Assembly (NCBI RefSeq): GCF_009931435.1
Contig: NZ_CP043414.1
Length of the DNA stretch: 64,000 bases
Origin: Escherichia coli
Lineage (GTDB): Bacteria; Pseudomonadota; Gammaproteobacteria; Enterobacterales; Enterobacteriaceae
Strand: one strand, 5' to 3'
This document shows, piece by piece, positions 1 to 10,925 of this stretch (the stretch's first letter is position 1; each line of letters begins with the position of its first letter). The notes under the pieces were generated by a model. The model saw only the letters and a program-made list of their open reading frames with translations. It made no database searches and was not told the origin of the DNA. A program made the translations under genes and the position numbers.

Positions 1-309
1 GCACGCAATTACCCGCAGCGTCCGTCGCTTGCGCACTGTATGGTCTTCGCGGGCTACGTTGCGACGCCGCTGTTTTTAAGCGGTCTGGTGGCGCTTTACC
101 CGCTGGTCTGGTTGTGTGCGCTGGTCGGCACGGTGGCGCTGTTTTACACCGGCTACCTGCTTTACCTCGGTATTCCAAGCTTCCTGAATATCAACAAAGA
201 GGAAGGCCTTAGCTTCTCCAGTTCGACGCTGGCGATTGGCGTGCTGGTACTGGAAGTGCTGCTCGCCCTTACCGTTATACTATGGGGTTACGGTTATCGT
301 TTGTTCTAG
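1..309 (+). CDS. yohC: Inner membrane protein YohC, C-terminal part (5' end lies before the window)
   Basis: ORF 40..309 in frame 1 with no upstream stop in the window; hydrophobic multi-helix sequence; position next to pbpG matches K-12 synteny. Confidence 0.6.
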   Translation, partial: ARNYPQRPSLAHCMVFAGYVATPLFLSGLVALYPLVWLCALVGTVALFYTGYLLYLGIPSFLNINKEEGLSFSSSTLAIGVLVLEVLLALTVILWGYGYRLF

Positions 310-482
310 AAAGTTCTTTTGTGTTGCATTGCTGGCGTAAATGTCAGCAATGCAGCATTTCCTCACGATTCTCCTTTGACGATCGCACTTTTTGCTCGTT
401 ATGATGGCGTCGCTAGCCTCAGTAAATCCTTACTCCGGCGGTGCGCAACCCGTGCGCGTGAACCACTATCTGAATGCTCATC

Positions 483-1415
483 ATGCCGAAATTTCGAGTT
501 TCTTTATTTAGCCTGGCCCTGATGCTGGCTGTGCCTTTTGCACCACAGGCCGTTGCGAAAACGGCAGCCGCTACCACCGCTTCACAGCCGGAAATTGCCT
601 CCGGTAGCGCGATGATTGTTGATCTGAATACCAACAAAGTGATCTATTCGAACCACCCGGATTTGGTGCGTCCGATTGCGTCTATCAGTAAATTAATGAC
701 CGCGATGGTTGTGCTGGATGCACGATTGCCGCTGGATGAAAAACTGAAAGTGGATATCAGCCAGACGCCGGAGATGAAAGGGGTCTATTCGCGCGTACGA
801 CTGAACAGCGAAATCAGCCGTAAAGAGATGCTGTTGCTGGCGCTGATGTCTTCAGAAAACCGCGCGGCGGCAAGCCTTGCGCACCATTATCCCGGTGGTT
901 ACAAAGCCTTTATTAAGGCGATGAATGCGAAAGCGAAATCGCTCGGAATGAACAACACGCGCTTTGTTGAACCGACCGGATTGTCGGTGCATAACGTTTC
1001 AACTGCCCGTGACTTAACCAAACTGCTCATTGCCAGCAAACAATATCCGTTGATTGGTCAGTTAAGTACTACCAGGGAAGATATGGCAACCTTCTCTAAC
1101 CCGACGTATACGCTGCCGTTCCGCAATACTAACCATCTGGTGTATCGCGATAACTGGAATATTCAGTTAACCAAAACCGGCTTTACCAATGCGGCGGGCC
1201 ATTGTCTGGTGATGCGTACGGTTATCAATAATAAACCGGTGGCGCTGGTAGTGATGGATGCGTTTGGCAAATATACCCATTTTGCCGATGCCAGCCGCCT
1301 GCGTACCTGGATTGAAACCGGTAAAGTGATGCCTGTTCCGGCAGCAGCGTTGAGCTATAAAAAACAAAAAGCCGCCCAGATGGCGGCGGCGGGGCAGACG
1401 GCGCAGAACGATTAA
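483..1415 (+). CDS. pbpG: D-alanyl-D-alanine endopeptidase, penicillin-binding protein 7
   Basis: 313-aa ORF; internal start MPKFRVSL gives the 310-aa product with signal peptide; SxxK motif (SISK) and SxN motif (SEN) present. Confidence 0.9.
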   Translation: MPKFRVSLFSLALMLAVPFAPQAVAKTAAATTASQPEIASGSAMIVDLNTNKVIYSNHPDLVRPIASISKLMTAMVVLDARLPLDEKLKVDISQTPEMKGVYSRVRLNSEISRKEMLLLALMSSENRAAASLAHHYPGGYKAFIKAMNAKAKSLGMNNTRFVEPTGLSVHNVSTARDLTKLLIASKQYPLIGQLSTTREDMATFSNPTYTLPFRNTNHLVYRDNWNIQLTKTGFTNAAGHCLVMRTVINNKPVALVVMDAFGKYTHFADASRLRTWIETGKVMPVPAAALSYKKQKAAQMAAAGQTAQND

Positions 1416-1607
1416 GGGTAGGCAGGATAAGGCGTTTACGCCGCATCAGGCATTCGGAGCACAATGCCTGATGCGATGCTTGCGCATCTTATCAGGCCTA
1501 CAAACGTGACGCGTCCGTAGGCAGGATAAGGCGTTCACGCCGCATCCGGCATTCGGTGCACGATGCCTGATGCGATGCTTCTATTTGCATCAGACATCCA
1601 GCCGTAT
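1416..1607. repeat. REP/BIME cluster, at least two REP copies in opposite orientation
   Basis: Repeated gcaggataaggcgtt(t/c)acgccgcatc(a/c)ggcattcgg units and imperfect palindromes tgcctgatgcgatgctt in the pbpG-dld intergenic region. Confidence 0.7.
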
Positions 1608-3323
1608 TTACTCCACTTCCTGCCAGTTTTTCCGCTTACTGGTTTTACCGATCCCCGGATTCATGCTGTTGGTCGGATCGTTCTCGCGATAGAACTTCTG
1701 CAACGTCTCCGGTGCTTTATACAAATGACCGACGTTATGCTCGGCAGGGTATTGCGCGCCGCGCTGCTGTAGCAGTTCCAGCATCTGTTCTTTCAACGCA
1801 TGCACATCCACGCCTTTTTTAACGATGTAATCCTGATGGAAGACATAGCACATAAAATGGCCGTAATAGAGCTTGTGCACCAACTGACTGTCGATCTCCG
1901 GCGGTAAATGCTCATACCATTCGGTGTCGTTACGCCGCAGAGCGATATCCAGCGCCAGAATGTCTTCGACTTCATCGGAATGCACGGCCTGATAACGAAT
2001 TGCTGCGCCCGCAGCGGCGAAACGGTGTAAAAACGCTTTGCTGCCTTCCTCCGGCGTACAGACAAAGAAATCGCCCTCGGCCTGTTTGAAATAATCCACC
2101 AGCCACGATTTAGCTTCGCCGACGCCATCGCCCGCCATTTTTAACAGCAGATGATGTTCATATTTATCGCGCCAGCTTTTCATACGCGGTGGTAAATGGC
2201 TGGGGAACAGGTGACCGAATTTTTGCATCGCACGGTCGGTAAAATGCGGACGGAAGAATTTCACTTTCTCCAGCATCGCATCGGTGCGTCCCTTGAGATT
2301 AAAGAAGAACGGCATCTTGTCGGTGCCTAACTTATCAATCATCAGGAAGGTGTCTTTGCCGTATTTTTCCGCGATATCGTAGATATCCCGGTGCATATAT
2401 TCCCCGGCAACCGGCAGGTTCTCGAAATTAGCCAGGATATGGCGGCGGATTTCGGTCAGTACTTCCGGCTGGTTGGTGCCGATATAAAACACCTGCTGAT
2501 TTTTTTCTGCTTCGAAGGTATCAAGACGTACCGCAAAGACGGCCAGTTTACCGGCGCAACCGGAGGATTCAAACAGGCGATCCGGGTCGGCGTTATAACG
2601 TGCGGGTGTGTCGGCTTCAATATCACGAACGCGGTGGACATAGTCATAATCGTGGGCGTGACGACCATCGTGGCGCACATCGTCATCTTTGATGCGATCG
2701 TCATCCAGCTTGCTAAGGATCTGCTCCGGCGTTTCGCCGAGATCAATCCCCAGATGGTTCACCAGCGTCAGTTTGCCGTCTTCATTTATACGCGCGAATA
2801 ACGACATTTCGGTATACGCCGGGCCACGCTGCACCAGCGAGCCGCCGGAGTTGTTACAAATACCGCCGATGACCGATGCGCCTATACACGATGAGCCAAT
2901 CACCGAGTGCGGTTCGCGTCCCAGCGGTTTGAGGGCTTTTTCCAGCGAATAAAGCGTGGTGCCCGGATAGGCCAGCACCTGTTCGCCCTTGCCAAGAACG
3001 TGCAGCTTGTCGAGACGCAGGGTGCTGATGATCACGATATCGCGATCATAGTCGTTACCGTTTGGCGTCGAGCCTTCGGTCAGACCTGTATTGGCAGCCT
3101 GCATCAGAATAATTTTGTCGGCGGTGACGCAGGCTTTCAGCACCCGCCACAATTCCAGTAGTGAGCCAGGGAAAACGACAGCCAGCGCGTCGCCCTGACC
3201 AGAACGGAAGCCCTTGCGATAGCGGGCCGTTTTTGCGGGATCGGTGAGCAGGTGTGAATGACCGACCAGACGGGCAAGTTCATTCAAAAAGGCTTTATTA
3301 TCAGTTGTTGTCATGGAAGACAT
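1608..3323 (-). CDS. dld: FAD-dependent D-lactate dehydrogenase
   Basis: 582-aa ORF; internal start MSSMTTTDNKAFLNEL gives the 571-aa protein as I recall Dld. Confidence 0.9.
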   Translation of the reverse strand: MSSMTTTDNKAFLNELARLVGHSHLLTDPAKTARYRKGFRSGQGDALAVVFPGSLLELWRVLKACVTADKIILMQAANTGLTEGSTPNGNDYDRDIVIISTLRLDKLHVLGKGEQVLAYPGTTLYSLEKALKPLGREPHSVIGSSCIGASVIGGICNNSGGSLVQRGPAYTEMSLFARINEDGKLTLVNHLGIDLGETPEQILSKLDDDRIKDDDVRHDGRHAHDYDYVHRVRDIEADTPARYNADPDRLFESSGCAGKLAVFAVRLDTFEAEKNQQVFYIGTNQPEVLTEIRRHILANFENLPVAGEYMHRDIYDIAEKYGKDTFLMIDKLGTDKMPFFFNLKGRTDAMLEKVKFFRPHFTDRAMQKFGHLFPSHLPPRMKSWRDKYEHHLLLKMAGDGVGEAKSWLVDYFKQAEGDFFVCTPEEGSKAFLHRFAAAGAAIRYQAVHSDEVEDILALDIALRRNDTEWYEHLPPEIDSQLVHKLYYGHFMCYVFHQDYIVKKGVDVHALKEQMLELLQQRGAQYPAEHNVGHLYKAPETLQKFYRENDPTNSMNPGIGKTSKRKNWQEVE

Positions 3324-3518
3324 TTTCCACTCCTTGTGGTGGCGAAAAAATATCACAAACTAGCATAGCGCCTTGTATGACAATTCAGCGAGTGAATATT
3401 TTGAAAATTCAGACAATAAACTGAGCATTCTTTTTCTCTCTCCATCATGCTTATGGCAAACTACGGTTTTTGCACCATTTTCGCTGCCTCGTCGGGCAAC
3501 AGAGGAAGAATAATCCAT

Positions 3519-5816
3519 ATGAAATGGCTATGTTCAGTAGGTATCGCGGTGAGTCTGGCCCTGCAACCAGCACTGGCGGATGATTTATTCGGTAACCATC
3601 CATTAACGCCTGAAGCGCGTGATGCGTTCGTCACCGAACTGCTCAAGAAAATGACAGTTGATGAGAAAATTGGTCAGCTGCGCTTAATCAGCGTCGGCCC
3701 GGATAACCCGAAAGAGGCGATCCGCGAGATGATCAAAGACGGGCAGGTTGGAGCGATTTTCAACACCGTAACCCGTCAGGATATCCGCGCCATGCAGGAT
3801 CAGGTGATGGAACTGAGCCGCCTGAAAATTCCTCTTTTCTTTGCTTATGACGTGCTGCACGGTCAACGCACGGTGTTCCCGATTAGCCTCGGTCTGGCCT
3901 CTTCTTTTAATCTTGATGCGGTGAAAACGGTCGGGCGTGTCTCTGCTTATGAAGCCGCAGATGATGGCCTGAACATGACCTGGGCACCGATGGTCGATGT
4001 CTCGCGCGATCCGCGCTGGGGACGTGCTTCCGAAGGTTTTGGGGAAGATACGTATCTCACTTCGATTATGGGTAAGACTATGGTGGAAGCGATGCAGGGT
4101 AAAAGCCCGGCAGATCGCTACTCGGTGATGACCAGCGTCAAACACTTTGCCGCTTACGGCGCGGTAGAAGGCGGTAAAGAGTACAACACCGTCGATATGA
4201 GTCCGCAGCGCCTGTTTAACGACTATATGCCGCCGTACAAAGCGGGGCTGGATGCAGGCAGCGGTGCGGTAATGGTGGCGCTGAACTCGCTGAATGGCAC
4301 GCCAGCAACTTCCGACTCCTGGCTGCTGAAAGATGTGCTGCGCGATCAGTGGGGCTTTAAAGGCATTACCGTTTCCGATCATGGCGCAATCAAAGAGCTG
4401 ATTAAACATGGCACGGCGGCAGACCCGGAAGATGCGGTGCGCGTGGCGCTGAAATCCGGCATCAACATGAGTATGAGCGATGAGTATTACTCGAAGTATC
4501 TGCCTGGGTTGATCAAATCCGGCAAAGTGACGATGGAAGAGCTGGACGACGCTGCCCGCCACGTGCTGAACGTCAAATATGATATGGGGCTGTTCAACGA
4601 CCCATACAGCCACCTTGGACCGAAAGAGTCTGACCCGGTGGATACTAATGCTGAAAGCCGCCTGCACCGCAAAGAAGCGCGTGAAGTGGCACGCGAAAGC
4701 CTGGTGTTGCTGAAAAACCGTCTCGAAACGTTACCGCTGAAAAAATCAGCCACCATTGCGGTGGTTGGGCCACTGGCGGACAGCAAACGTGACGTGATGG
4801 GCAGCTGGTCCGCAGCCGGTGTTGCCGATCAATCCGTGACCGTACTGACCGGGATTAAAAATGCCGTCGGTGAAAACGGTAAAGTGCTGTACGCCAAAGG
4901 GGCGAACGTTACCAGTGACAAAGGCATTATCGATTTCCTGAATCAGTATGAAGAGGCGGTCAAAGTCGATCCGCGTTCGCCCCAAGAGATGATTGATGAA
5001 GCGGTGCAAACCGCGAAACAATCTGATGTGGTGGTGGCTGTGGTCGGTGAAGCTCAGGGGATGGCGCACGAGGCTTCCAGCCGTACCGATATTACTATTC
5101 CGCAAAGCCAACGTGACTTGATTGCGGCGCTGAAAGCCACCGGTAAACCGCTGGTGCTGGTGCTGATGAACGGACGTCCACTGGCGCTGGTGAAAGAAGA
5201 TCAGCAGGCTGATGCGATTCTGGAAACCTGGTTTGCGGGGACTGAAGGCGGTAATGCGATTGCCGATGTGTTGTTTGGCGATTACAACCCGTCGGGCAAG
5301 CTGCCGATGTCCTTCCCGCGTTCTGTCGGGCAGATCCCGGTGTACTACAGCCATCTGAATACCGGTCGGCCGTATAATGCCGACAAGCCGAACAAATACA
5401 CTTCGCGTTATTTTGATGAAGCTAACGGGGCGCTGTATCCGTTCGGCTATGGTCTGAGCTATACCACCTTCACCGTCTCTGATGTGAAACTTTCTGCGCC
5501 GACCATGAAGCGTGACGGCAAAGTGACCGCCAGTGTGCAGGTGACGAACACCGGTAAGCGCGAAGGGGCGACGGTAGTGCAGATGTACTTGCAGGATGTG
5601 ACGGCTTCCATGAGTCGCCCGGTGAAGCAGCTGAAAGGCTTTGAGAAAATCACCCTGAAACCGGGCGAAACTCAGACCGTCAGCTTCCCGATTGATATCG
5701 AGGCGCTGAAGTTCTGGAATCAACAGATGAAATATGACGCCGAGCCTGGCAAGTTCAATGTCTTTATCGGCACTGATTCCGCACGCGTTAAGAAAGGCGA
5801 GTTTGAGTTGCTGTAA
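3519..5816 (+). CDS. bglX: Periplasmic beta-glucosidase, glycoside hydrolase family 3
   Basis: 789-aa ORF; start at MKWLCSVGIAVSLALQPALA (signal peptide) gives 765 aa; GH3 motifs. Confidence 0.9.
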   Translation: MKWLCSVGIAVSLALQPALADDLFGNHPLTPEARDAFVTELLKKMTVDEKIGQLRLISVGPDNPKEAIREMIKDGQVGAIFNTVTRQDIRAMQDQVMELSRLKIPLFFAYDVLHGQRTVFPISLGLASSFNLDAVKTVGRVSAYEAADDGLNMTWAPMVDVSRDPRWGRASEGFGEDTYLTSIMGKTMVEAMQGKSPADRYSVMTSVKHFAAYGAVEGGKEYNTVDMSPQRLFNDYMPPYKAGLDAGSGAVMVALNSLNGTPATSDSWLLKDVLRDQWGFKGITVSDHGAIKELIKHGTAADPEDAVRVALKSGINMSMSDEYYSKYLPGLIKSGKVTMEELDDAARHVLNVKYDMGLFNDPYSHLGPKESDPVDTNAESRLHRKEAREVARESLVLLKNRLETLPLKKSATIAVVGPLADSKRDVMGSWSAAGVADQSVTVLTGIKNAVGENGKVLYAKGANVTSDKGIIDFLNQYEEAVKVDPRSPQEMIDEAVQTAKQSDVVVAVVGEAQGMAHEASSRTDITIPQSQRDLIAALKATGKPLVLVLMNGRPLALVKEDQQADAILETWFAGTEGGNAIADVLFGDYNPSGKLPMSFPRSVGQIPVYYSHLNTGRPYNADKPNKYTSRYFDEANGALYPFGYGLSYTTFTVSDVKLSAPTMKRDGKVTASVQVTNTGKREGATVVQMYLQDVTASMSRPVKQLKGFEKITLKPGETQTVSFPIDIEALKFWNQQMKYDAEPGKFNVFIGTDSARVKKGEFELL

Positions 5817-5823
5817 TGCTTTA

Positions 5824-5852
5824 GTAAGGGCGCGACGTCTGCGCCCTTTGCC
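5824..5852 (+). terminator. Rho-independent terminator after bglX
   Basis: GC hairpin aagggcgcgacgtctgcgccctt followed by T-rich tract just past the bglX stop. Confidence 0.6.
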
Positions 5853-5960
<108 letters not shown>

Positions 5961-6088
5961 AAATATGCCCTTTAAGTATTTATCTGATTCTGCAACTGAA
6001 TCCTTCCGCTCAGGCTAACCCCGCCATTATCAACTATGCTTTTCTCTTAATTCGCTGAAAACAACAGTAAAAGAATGAGGAAAGCATC

Positions 6089-7006
6089 ATGCCACTCTCA
6101 AAGCTCTGGGCAGGTTCACTGGTTTTGTTGGCAGCCGTGAGCCTGCCGCTACAGGCGGCTTCCCCCGTTAAAGTCGGTTCGAAAATCGATACCGAAGGCG
6201 CGCTACTCGGCAACATTATTTTGCAAGTGCTGGAAAGCCACGGCGTACCGACGGTGAATAAAGTCCAGTTGGGAACCACGCCGGTGGTGCGCGGGGCGAT
6301 TACTTCCGGTGAACTGGATATCTATCCGGAATATACCGGCAATGGCGCGTTTTTCTTTAAAGATGAAAACGATGCGGCGTGGAAAAATGCCGGGCAAGGC
6401 TACGAGAAAGTCAAAAAGCTCGATGCAGAACAAAACAAGTTAATCTGGCTGACGCCTGCGCCTGCAAATAACACCTGGACCATCGCCGTGCGTCAGGATG
6501 TTGCAGAGAAAAACAAACTCACTTCGCTTGCCGACCTGAGTCGTTATCTGAAAGACGGTGGCACCTTCAAACTGGCGGCCTCAGCAGAGTTTATCGAACG
6601 CGCCGATGCCTTACCCGCTTTTGAAAAAGCCTATGGCTTTAAGCTCAGTCAGGATCAGTTGCTGTCACTGGCCGGTGGCGACACTGCGGTGACAATCAAA
6701 GCTGCTGCCCAGCAAACATCCGGCGTTAATGCGGCGATGGCTTACGGCACCGACGGCCCGGTCGCGGCGCTGGGGCTGCAAACCTTAAGCGATCCGCAAG
6801 GCGTGCAACCTATCTACGCGCCTGCACCAGTGGTGCGTGAATCGGTGTTGAAGGAGTATCCGCAAATGGCACAGTGGCTACAGCCAGTCTTCGCCAGCCT
6901 CGATGCAAAAACATTGCAGCAACTGAATGCCAGCATTGCTGTGGAAGGACTGGATGCCAAAAAAGTGGCTGCCGACTACCTGAAACAAAAAGGGTGGACG
7001 AAGTAA
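6089..7006 (+). CDS. osmF: Periplasmic glycine betaine-binding protein of an osmoprotectant ABC transporter
   Basis: 305-aa ORF with signal peptide; first gene of a four-gene operon with tightly spaced or overlapping junctions. Confidence 0.85.
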   Translation: MPLSKLWAGSLVLLAAVSLPLQAASPVKVGSKIDTEGALLGNIILQVLESHGVPTVNKVQLGTTPVVRGAITSGELDIYPEYTGNGAFFFKDENDAAWKNAGQGYEKVKKLDAEQNKLIWLTPAPANNTWTIAVRQDVAEKNKLTSLADLSRYLKDGGTFKLAASAEFIERADALPAFEKAYGFKLSQDQLLSLAGGDTAVTIKAAAQQTSGVNAAMAYGTDGPVAALGLQTLSDPQGVQPIYAPAPVVRESVLKEYPQMAQWLQPVFASLDAKTLQQLNASIAVEGLDAKKVAADYLKQKGWTK

Positions 7007-7012
7007 TTTCCC

Positions 7013-8170
7013 GTGACTTATTTCCGTATTAATCCTGTTCTGGCGCTGCTACTGTTGCTGACGGCAATCGCAGCGGCGCTGCCGTTTATCAGTTACGCGC
7101 CTAATCGTTTAGTCTCGGGTGAGGGGCGTCATCTCTGGCAGCTGTGGCCGCAAACGATCTGGATGCTGGTGGGCGTTGGTTGCGCCTGGCTGACCGCCTG
7201 TTTTATTCCCGGTAAAAAAGGCAGCATTTTTGCACTCATTCTGGCGCAATTCGTCTTCATATTGCTGGTGTGGGGCGCGGGAAAGGCGGCGACACAACTG
7301 GCGCAAAATGGCAGTGCGCTGGCGCGTACCAGCCTCGGCAGTGGTTTCTGGCTGGCTGCGGCGCTGGCATTGCTGGCCTGTAGCGATGCCATCCGCCGAA
7401 TCTCCACGCATCCGCTGTGGCGCTGGTTGTTGCATATGCAGATTGCCATTATTCCGCTGTGGTTGCTGTATTCCGGCGCGCTTAACGATCTCTCGCTAAT
7501 GAAAGAATACGCCAACCGTCAGGATGTATTTAATGACGCGCTGGCGCAACATCTGACGTTGCTGTTTGGTGCGGTGCTGCCTGCGTTAGTGATTGGTGTG
7601 CCGCTGGGCGTCTGGTGCTACTTTTCCACTGCGCGGCAGGGGGCGATTTTTTCTCTGCTGAATGTCATTCAGACCGTGCCTTCGGTGGCGCTCTTTGGCC
7701 TGTTGATTGCGCCGCTTGCCGCGCTGGTTACGGCCTTTCCGTGGCTGGGTAAGCTCGGCATAGCAGGAACCGGAATGACACCCGCACTGATTGCGCTGGT
7801 GCTCTATGCCTTGCTGCCGCTGGTGCGCGGTGTGGTAGTCGGCTTGAACCAGATCCCGCGCGATGTGCTGGAGAGCGCCAGAGCGATGGGCATGAGCGGG
7901 GCGCAGCGATTCCTGCATGTTCAGTTACCGCTGGCGTTACCGGTATTTCTGCGCAGCCTGCGGGTGGTGATGGTGCAAACCGTCGGCATGGCGGTGATTG
8001 CGGCGTTAATCGGCGCAGGTGGTTTTGGTGCGCTGGTTTTCCAGGGGCTGCTAAGCAGTGCCATTGATTTAGTGTTGCTGGGGGTGATCCCGGTAATCGT
8101 ACTGGCGGTGCTGATCGACGCACTGTTCGATCTGGTTATCGCACTGCTGAAGGTGAAAAGTAATGATTGA
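7013..8170 (+). CDS. yehY: ABC transporter permease
   Basis: 385-aa polytopic membrane ORF; 6 bp after osmF and overlapping yehX. Confidence 0.85.
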   Translation: MTYFRINPVLALLLLLTAIAAALPFISYAPNRLVSGEGRHLWQLWPQTIWMLVGVGCAWLTACFIPGKKGSIFALILAQFVFILLVWGAGKAATQLAQNGSALARTSLGSGFWLAAALALLACSDAIRRISTHPLWRWLLHMQIAIIPLWLLYSGALNDLSLMKEYANRQDVFNDALAQHLTLLFGAVLPALVIGVPLGVWCYFSTARQGAIFSLLNVIQTVPSVALFGLLIAPLAALVTAFPWLGKLGIAGTGMTPALIALVLYALLPLVRGVVVGLNQIPRDVLESARAMGMSGAQRFLHVQLPLALPVFLRSLRVVMVQTVGMAVIAALIGAGGFGALVFQGLLSSAIDLVLLGVIPVIVLAVLIDALFDLVIALLKVKSND

Positions 8171-9089
8171 ATTTAGCCATGTCAGCAAACTGTTCGGCAC
8201 ACAAAAAGCCGTTAACGATCTCAATCTCAATTTTCAGGAGGGGAGTTTTTCGGTGCTGATTGGTACATCAGGCTCCGGTAAATCCACCACATTGAAAATG
8301 ATCAACCGTCTGGTAGAGCATGACAGCGGAGTGATCCGCTTTGCCGGAGAAGAAATTCGCTCGCTGCCAGTGCTGGAGTTGCGCCGCCGGATGGGCTATG
8401 CCATTCAATCTATTGGCCTGTTTCCCCACTGGAGCGTGGCGCAAAACATTGCCACTGTGCCGCAATTACAAAAATGGCCTCGGGCGCGGATCGACGACCG
8501 TATTGACGAATTAATGGCGCTACTGGGGCTGGAGCCAAATTTGCGTGAGCGTTATCCGCATCAGCTTTCCGGCGGTCAGCAGCAACGTGTGGGAGTGGCG
8601 CGCGCACTGGCTGCCGATCCGCAAGTCTTATTGATGGATGAACCCTTTGGCGCACTGGACCCGGTAACGCGCGGTGCGTTGCAACAAGAGATGACGCGCA
8701 TTCACCGTTTGCTGGGGCGTACCATTGTGCTGGTCACTCATGATATTGATGAGGCGCTACGGCTGGCAGAACATCTGGTATTGATGGATCACGGTGAAGT
8801 GGTGCAGCAGGGTAATCCTCTGGCGATGCTGACTCGTCCGGCGAATGATTTCGTCCGCCAGTTTTTTGGCCGTAGTGAACTGGGTGTGCGCCTGCTTTCG
8901 TTACGTAGCGTGGCGGATTATGTGCGTCGCGAAGAGCGGGCTGAAGGTGAGGCGCTGGCAGAAGAGATGACGCTACGCGATGCGCTCTCCCTGTTTGTCG
9001 CGCGGGGATGCGAAGTGCTGCCGGTGGTGAACACGCAGGGCCAGCCTTGCGGTACGCTGCATTTTCAGGATCTGCTGGTGGAGGCGTAA
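8163..9089 (+). CDS. yehX: ABC transporter ATP-binding protein
   Basis: Walker [13 protein letters not shown] signature LSGGQQQRV, Walker B LLMDEP. Confidence 0.9.
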   Translation: MIEFSHVSKLFGTQKAVNDLNLNFQEGSFSVLIGTSGSGKSTTLKMINRLVEHDSGVIRFAGEEIRSLPVLELRRRMGYAIQSIGLFPHWSVAQNIATVPQLQKWPRARIDDRIDELMALLGLEPNLRERYPHQLSGGQQQRVGVARALAADPQVLLMDEPFGALDPVTRGALQQEMTRIHRLLGRTIVLVTHDIDEALRLAEHLVLMDHGEVVQQGNPLAMLTRPANDFVRQFFGRSELGVRLLSLRSVADYVRREERAEGEALAEEMTLRDALSLFVARGCEVLPVVNTQGQPCGTLHFQDLLVEA

Positions 9090-9093
9090 GCGT

Positions 9094-9825
9094 ATGAAGA
9101 TGTTGCGCGATCCGCTGTTCTGGCTCATTGCTCTGTTTGTGGCACTGATTTTCTGGCTGCCTTACAGCCAGCCGCTGTTTTCTGCCTTGTTCCCACAACT
9201 GCCACGCCCCGTTTATCAGCAAGAAAGTTTTGCTGCTCTGGCACTGGCTCATTTCTGGCTGGTGGGAATTTCGAGTTTGTTTGCGGTGATCATTGGCACA
9301 GGTGCCGGAATTATTGTTACTCGCCCGTGGGGCGCGGAATTTCGCCCACTGGTGGAAACTATTGCCGCCGTTGGGCAGACTTTTCCGCCCGTTGCGGTGC
9401 TGGCGATTGCTGTTCCGGTGATGGGGTTTGGTCAGCAACCGGCGATTATCGCCTTGATCCTGTACGGTGTGCTGCCCGTCCTGCAGGCGACACTTGCCGG
9501 GCTGGGATCGATTGATGCCAGCGTGACAGAAGTTGCTAAGGGTATGGGAATGAGCCGTGGACAGCGACTGCGTAAGGTTGAGCTACCGCTGGCAGCTCCA
9601 GTGATTCTGGCGGGTGTACGAACTTCGGTGATTATCAACATTGGCACGGCGACGATCGCCTCAACGGTAGGGGCCAACACGCTGGGTACGCCCATCATCA
9701 TCGGACTTAGCGGATTTAATACTGCGTATGTGATCCAGGGAGCGTTACTGGTGGCACTGGCGGCGATCATCGCAGACCGCCTGTTTGAAAGGCTGGTGCA
9801 GGCGCTTAGCCAGCACGCAAAATAA
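9094..9825 (+). CDS. yehW: ABC transporter permease
   Basis: 243-aa membrane ORF immediately after yehX. Confidence 0.85.
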
Positions 9826-9972
9826 AGGTATAACCTGCGAGCATGACGCCACCAATTCCGCCTAACGCCATAAAAAGGAACAGGGCGATGACCCCAATTT
9901 TAGCTATGCGCATAATGCACTCCTTATGTTAACGAAAGGATTGTACAGTAAAGCGCATTTGTTAACGAATCA

Positions 9973-10704
9973 TTAAATGCCGAGTGGGAAAATATCATGG
10001 CCTTGTTCCTGCCAACTGGTAAGTTGCTGCTGTTGGGCAGAGGTTCGATTTTCACCGCACCACACCAGCAATGTACGGCCTTCGAACAGTTCAGGGCGTA
10101 GTTGATTGAGCGAGTGGGCGAGGACATCAATGCGCCATCCTTGTTGACTGGCAATCCAGCCCTCTAGCCACAGACGGGTGGTATCCTGAATATTCCAGCC
10201 AACCACCAGCGCATCTTTACCCTGTTTTTTACGTGCCGAAGCCAGACAAATGGCGATGTAGTTGATCAGTACGCCGTCGAGGATCGCCAGCAGCGCCTGG
10301 AGAGTCGGTTGTTGGCACTGAAGCCGTCGGCGCAGAGGAATAAACAGGTGCGTGGTGAGTGTCTGGGCGGGGTAATCCTGACCGCGCTCTTTGATCCACG
10401 TTCGCAGGCTATGCAGATTGCCACTTTGCAGGTAAGTCAGTAATGTTTCTTGCTGATCGCGCCAGCCGTTCTGCACATCAACATTTTCATTACTGAGCAG
10501 CATTTTAACTTTGCTGACCTGCACGCCGTTGTCGATCCAGCGTTTGATCTCGCGGATCCGGTCAATATCGGCATCATTGAACAGCCGATGACCGCCGTCT
10601 GTCCGTTGCGGTTTCAGCAATCCGTAACGCCTCTGCCACGCGCGTAACGTGACAGGGTTAATATCACAAAGCAACGCCACTTCACCAATTGTGTAAAGCG
10701 CCAT
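9973..10704 (-). CDS. mlrA: MerR-family transcriptional regulator of curli (csgD) expression
   Basis: 243-aa ORF; N-terminal MerR helix-turn-helix MALYTIGEVALLCDINPVTLRAWQRRYGLLKPQRTDGGHRLF. Confidence 0.9.
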   Translation of the reverse strand: MALYTIGEVALLCDINPVTLRAWQRRYGLLKPQRTDGGHRLFNDADIDRIREIKRWIDNGVQVSKVKMLLSNENVDVQNGWRDQQETLLTYLQSGNLHSLRTWIKERGQDYPAQTLTTHLFIPLRRRLQCQQPTLQALLAILDGVLINYIAICLASARKKQGKDALVVGWNIQDTTRLWLEGWIASQQGWRIDVLAHSLNQLRPELFEGRTLLVWCGENRTSAQQQQLTSWQEQGHDIFPLGI

Positions 10705-10925
10705 CGTCTCACCCTTGCTCGCGAGGTCCCAGTTTAACTTTAGACGCAGTTTTGCGAACCAGGTAGTTTTGCCCGTTTTTTGTTCATCTATAGGGTGATT
10801 TTATTTTTGCCAGGCGATTTTGAGTGATCGTACTCACGAATTCTCATTTTTCTGCAAGAGTTCAAAGAAAGTTAAACGCAGGCAATGTATGTTACGCGTT
10901 TTAAAGGGAAGTGTGGTTTGCGGGT

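Noticed and set aside
3684-5723. Long antisense ORFs inside bglX (327 aa and 325 aa on the minus strand)
   Set aside because: They are fully contained within a well-supported gene on the opposite strand and have Arg/His-rich, low-complexity translations typical of antisense frames in GC-rich coding DNA.
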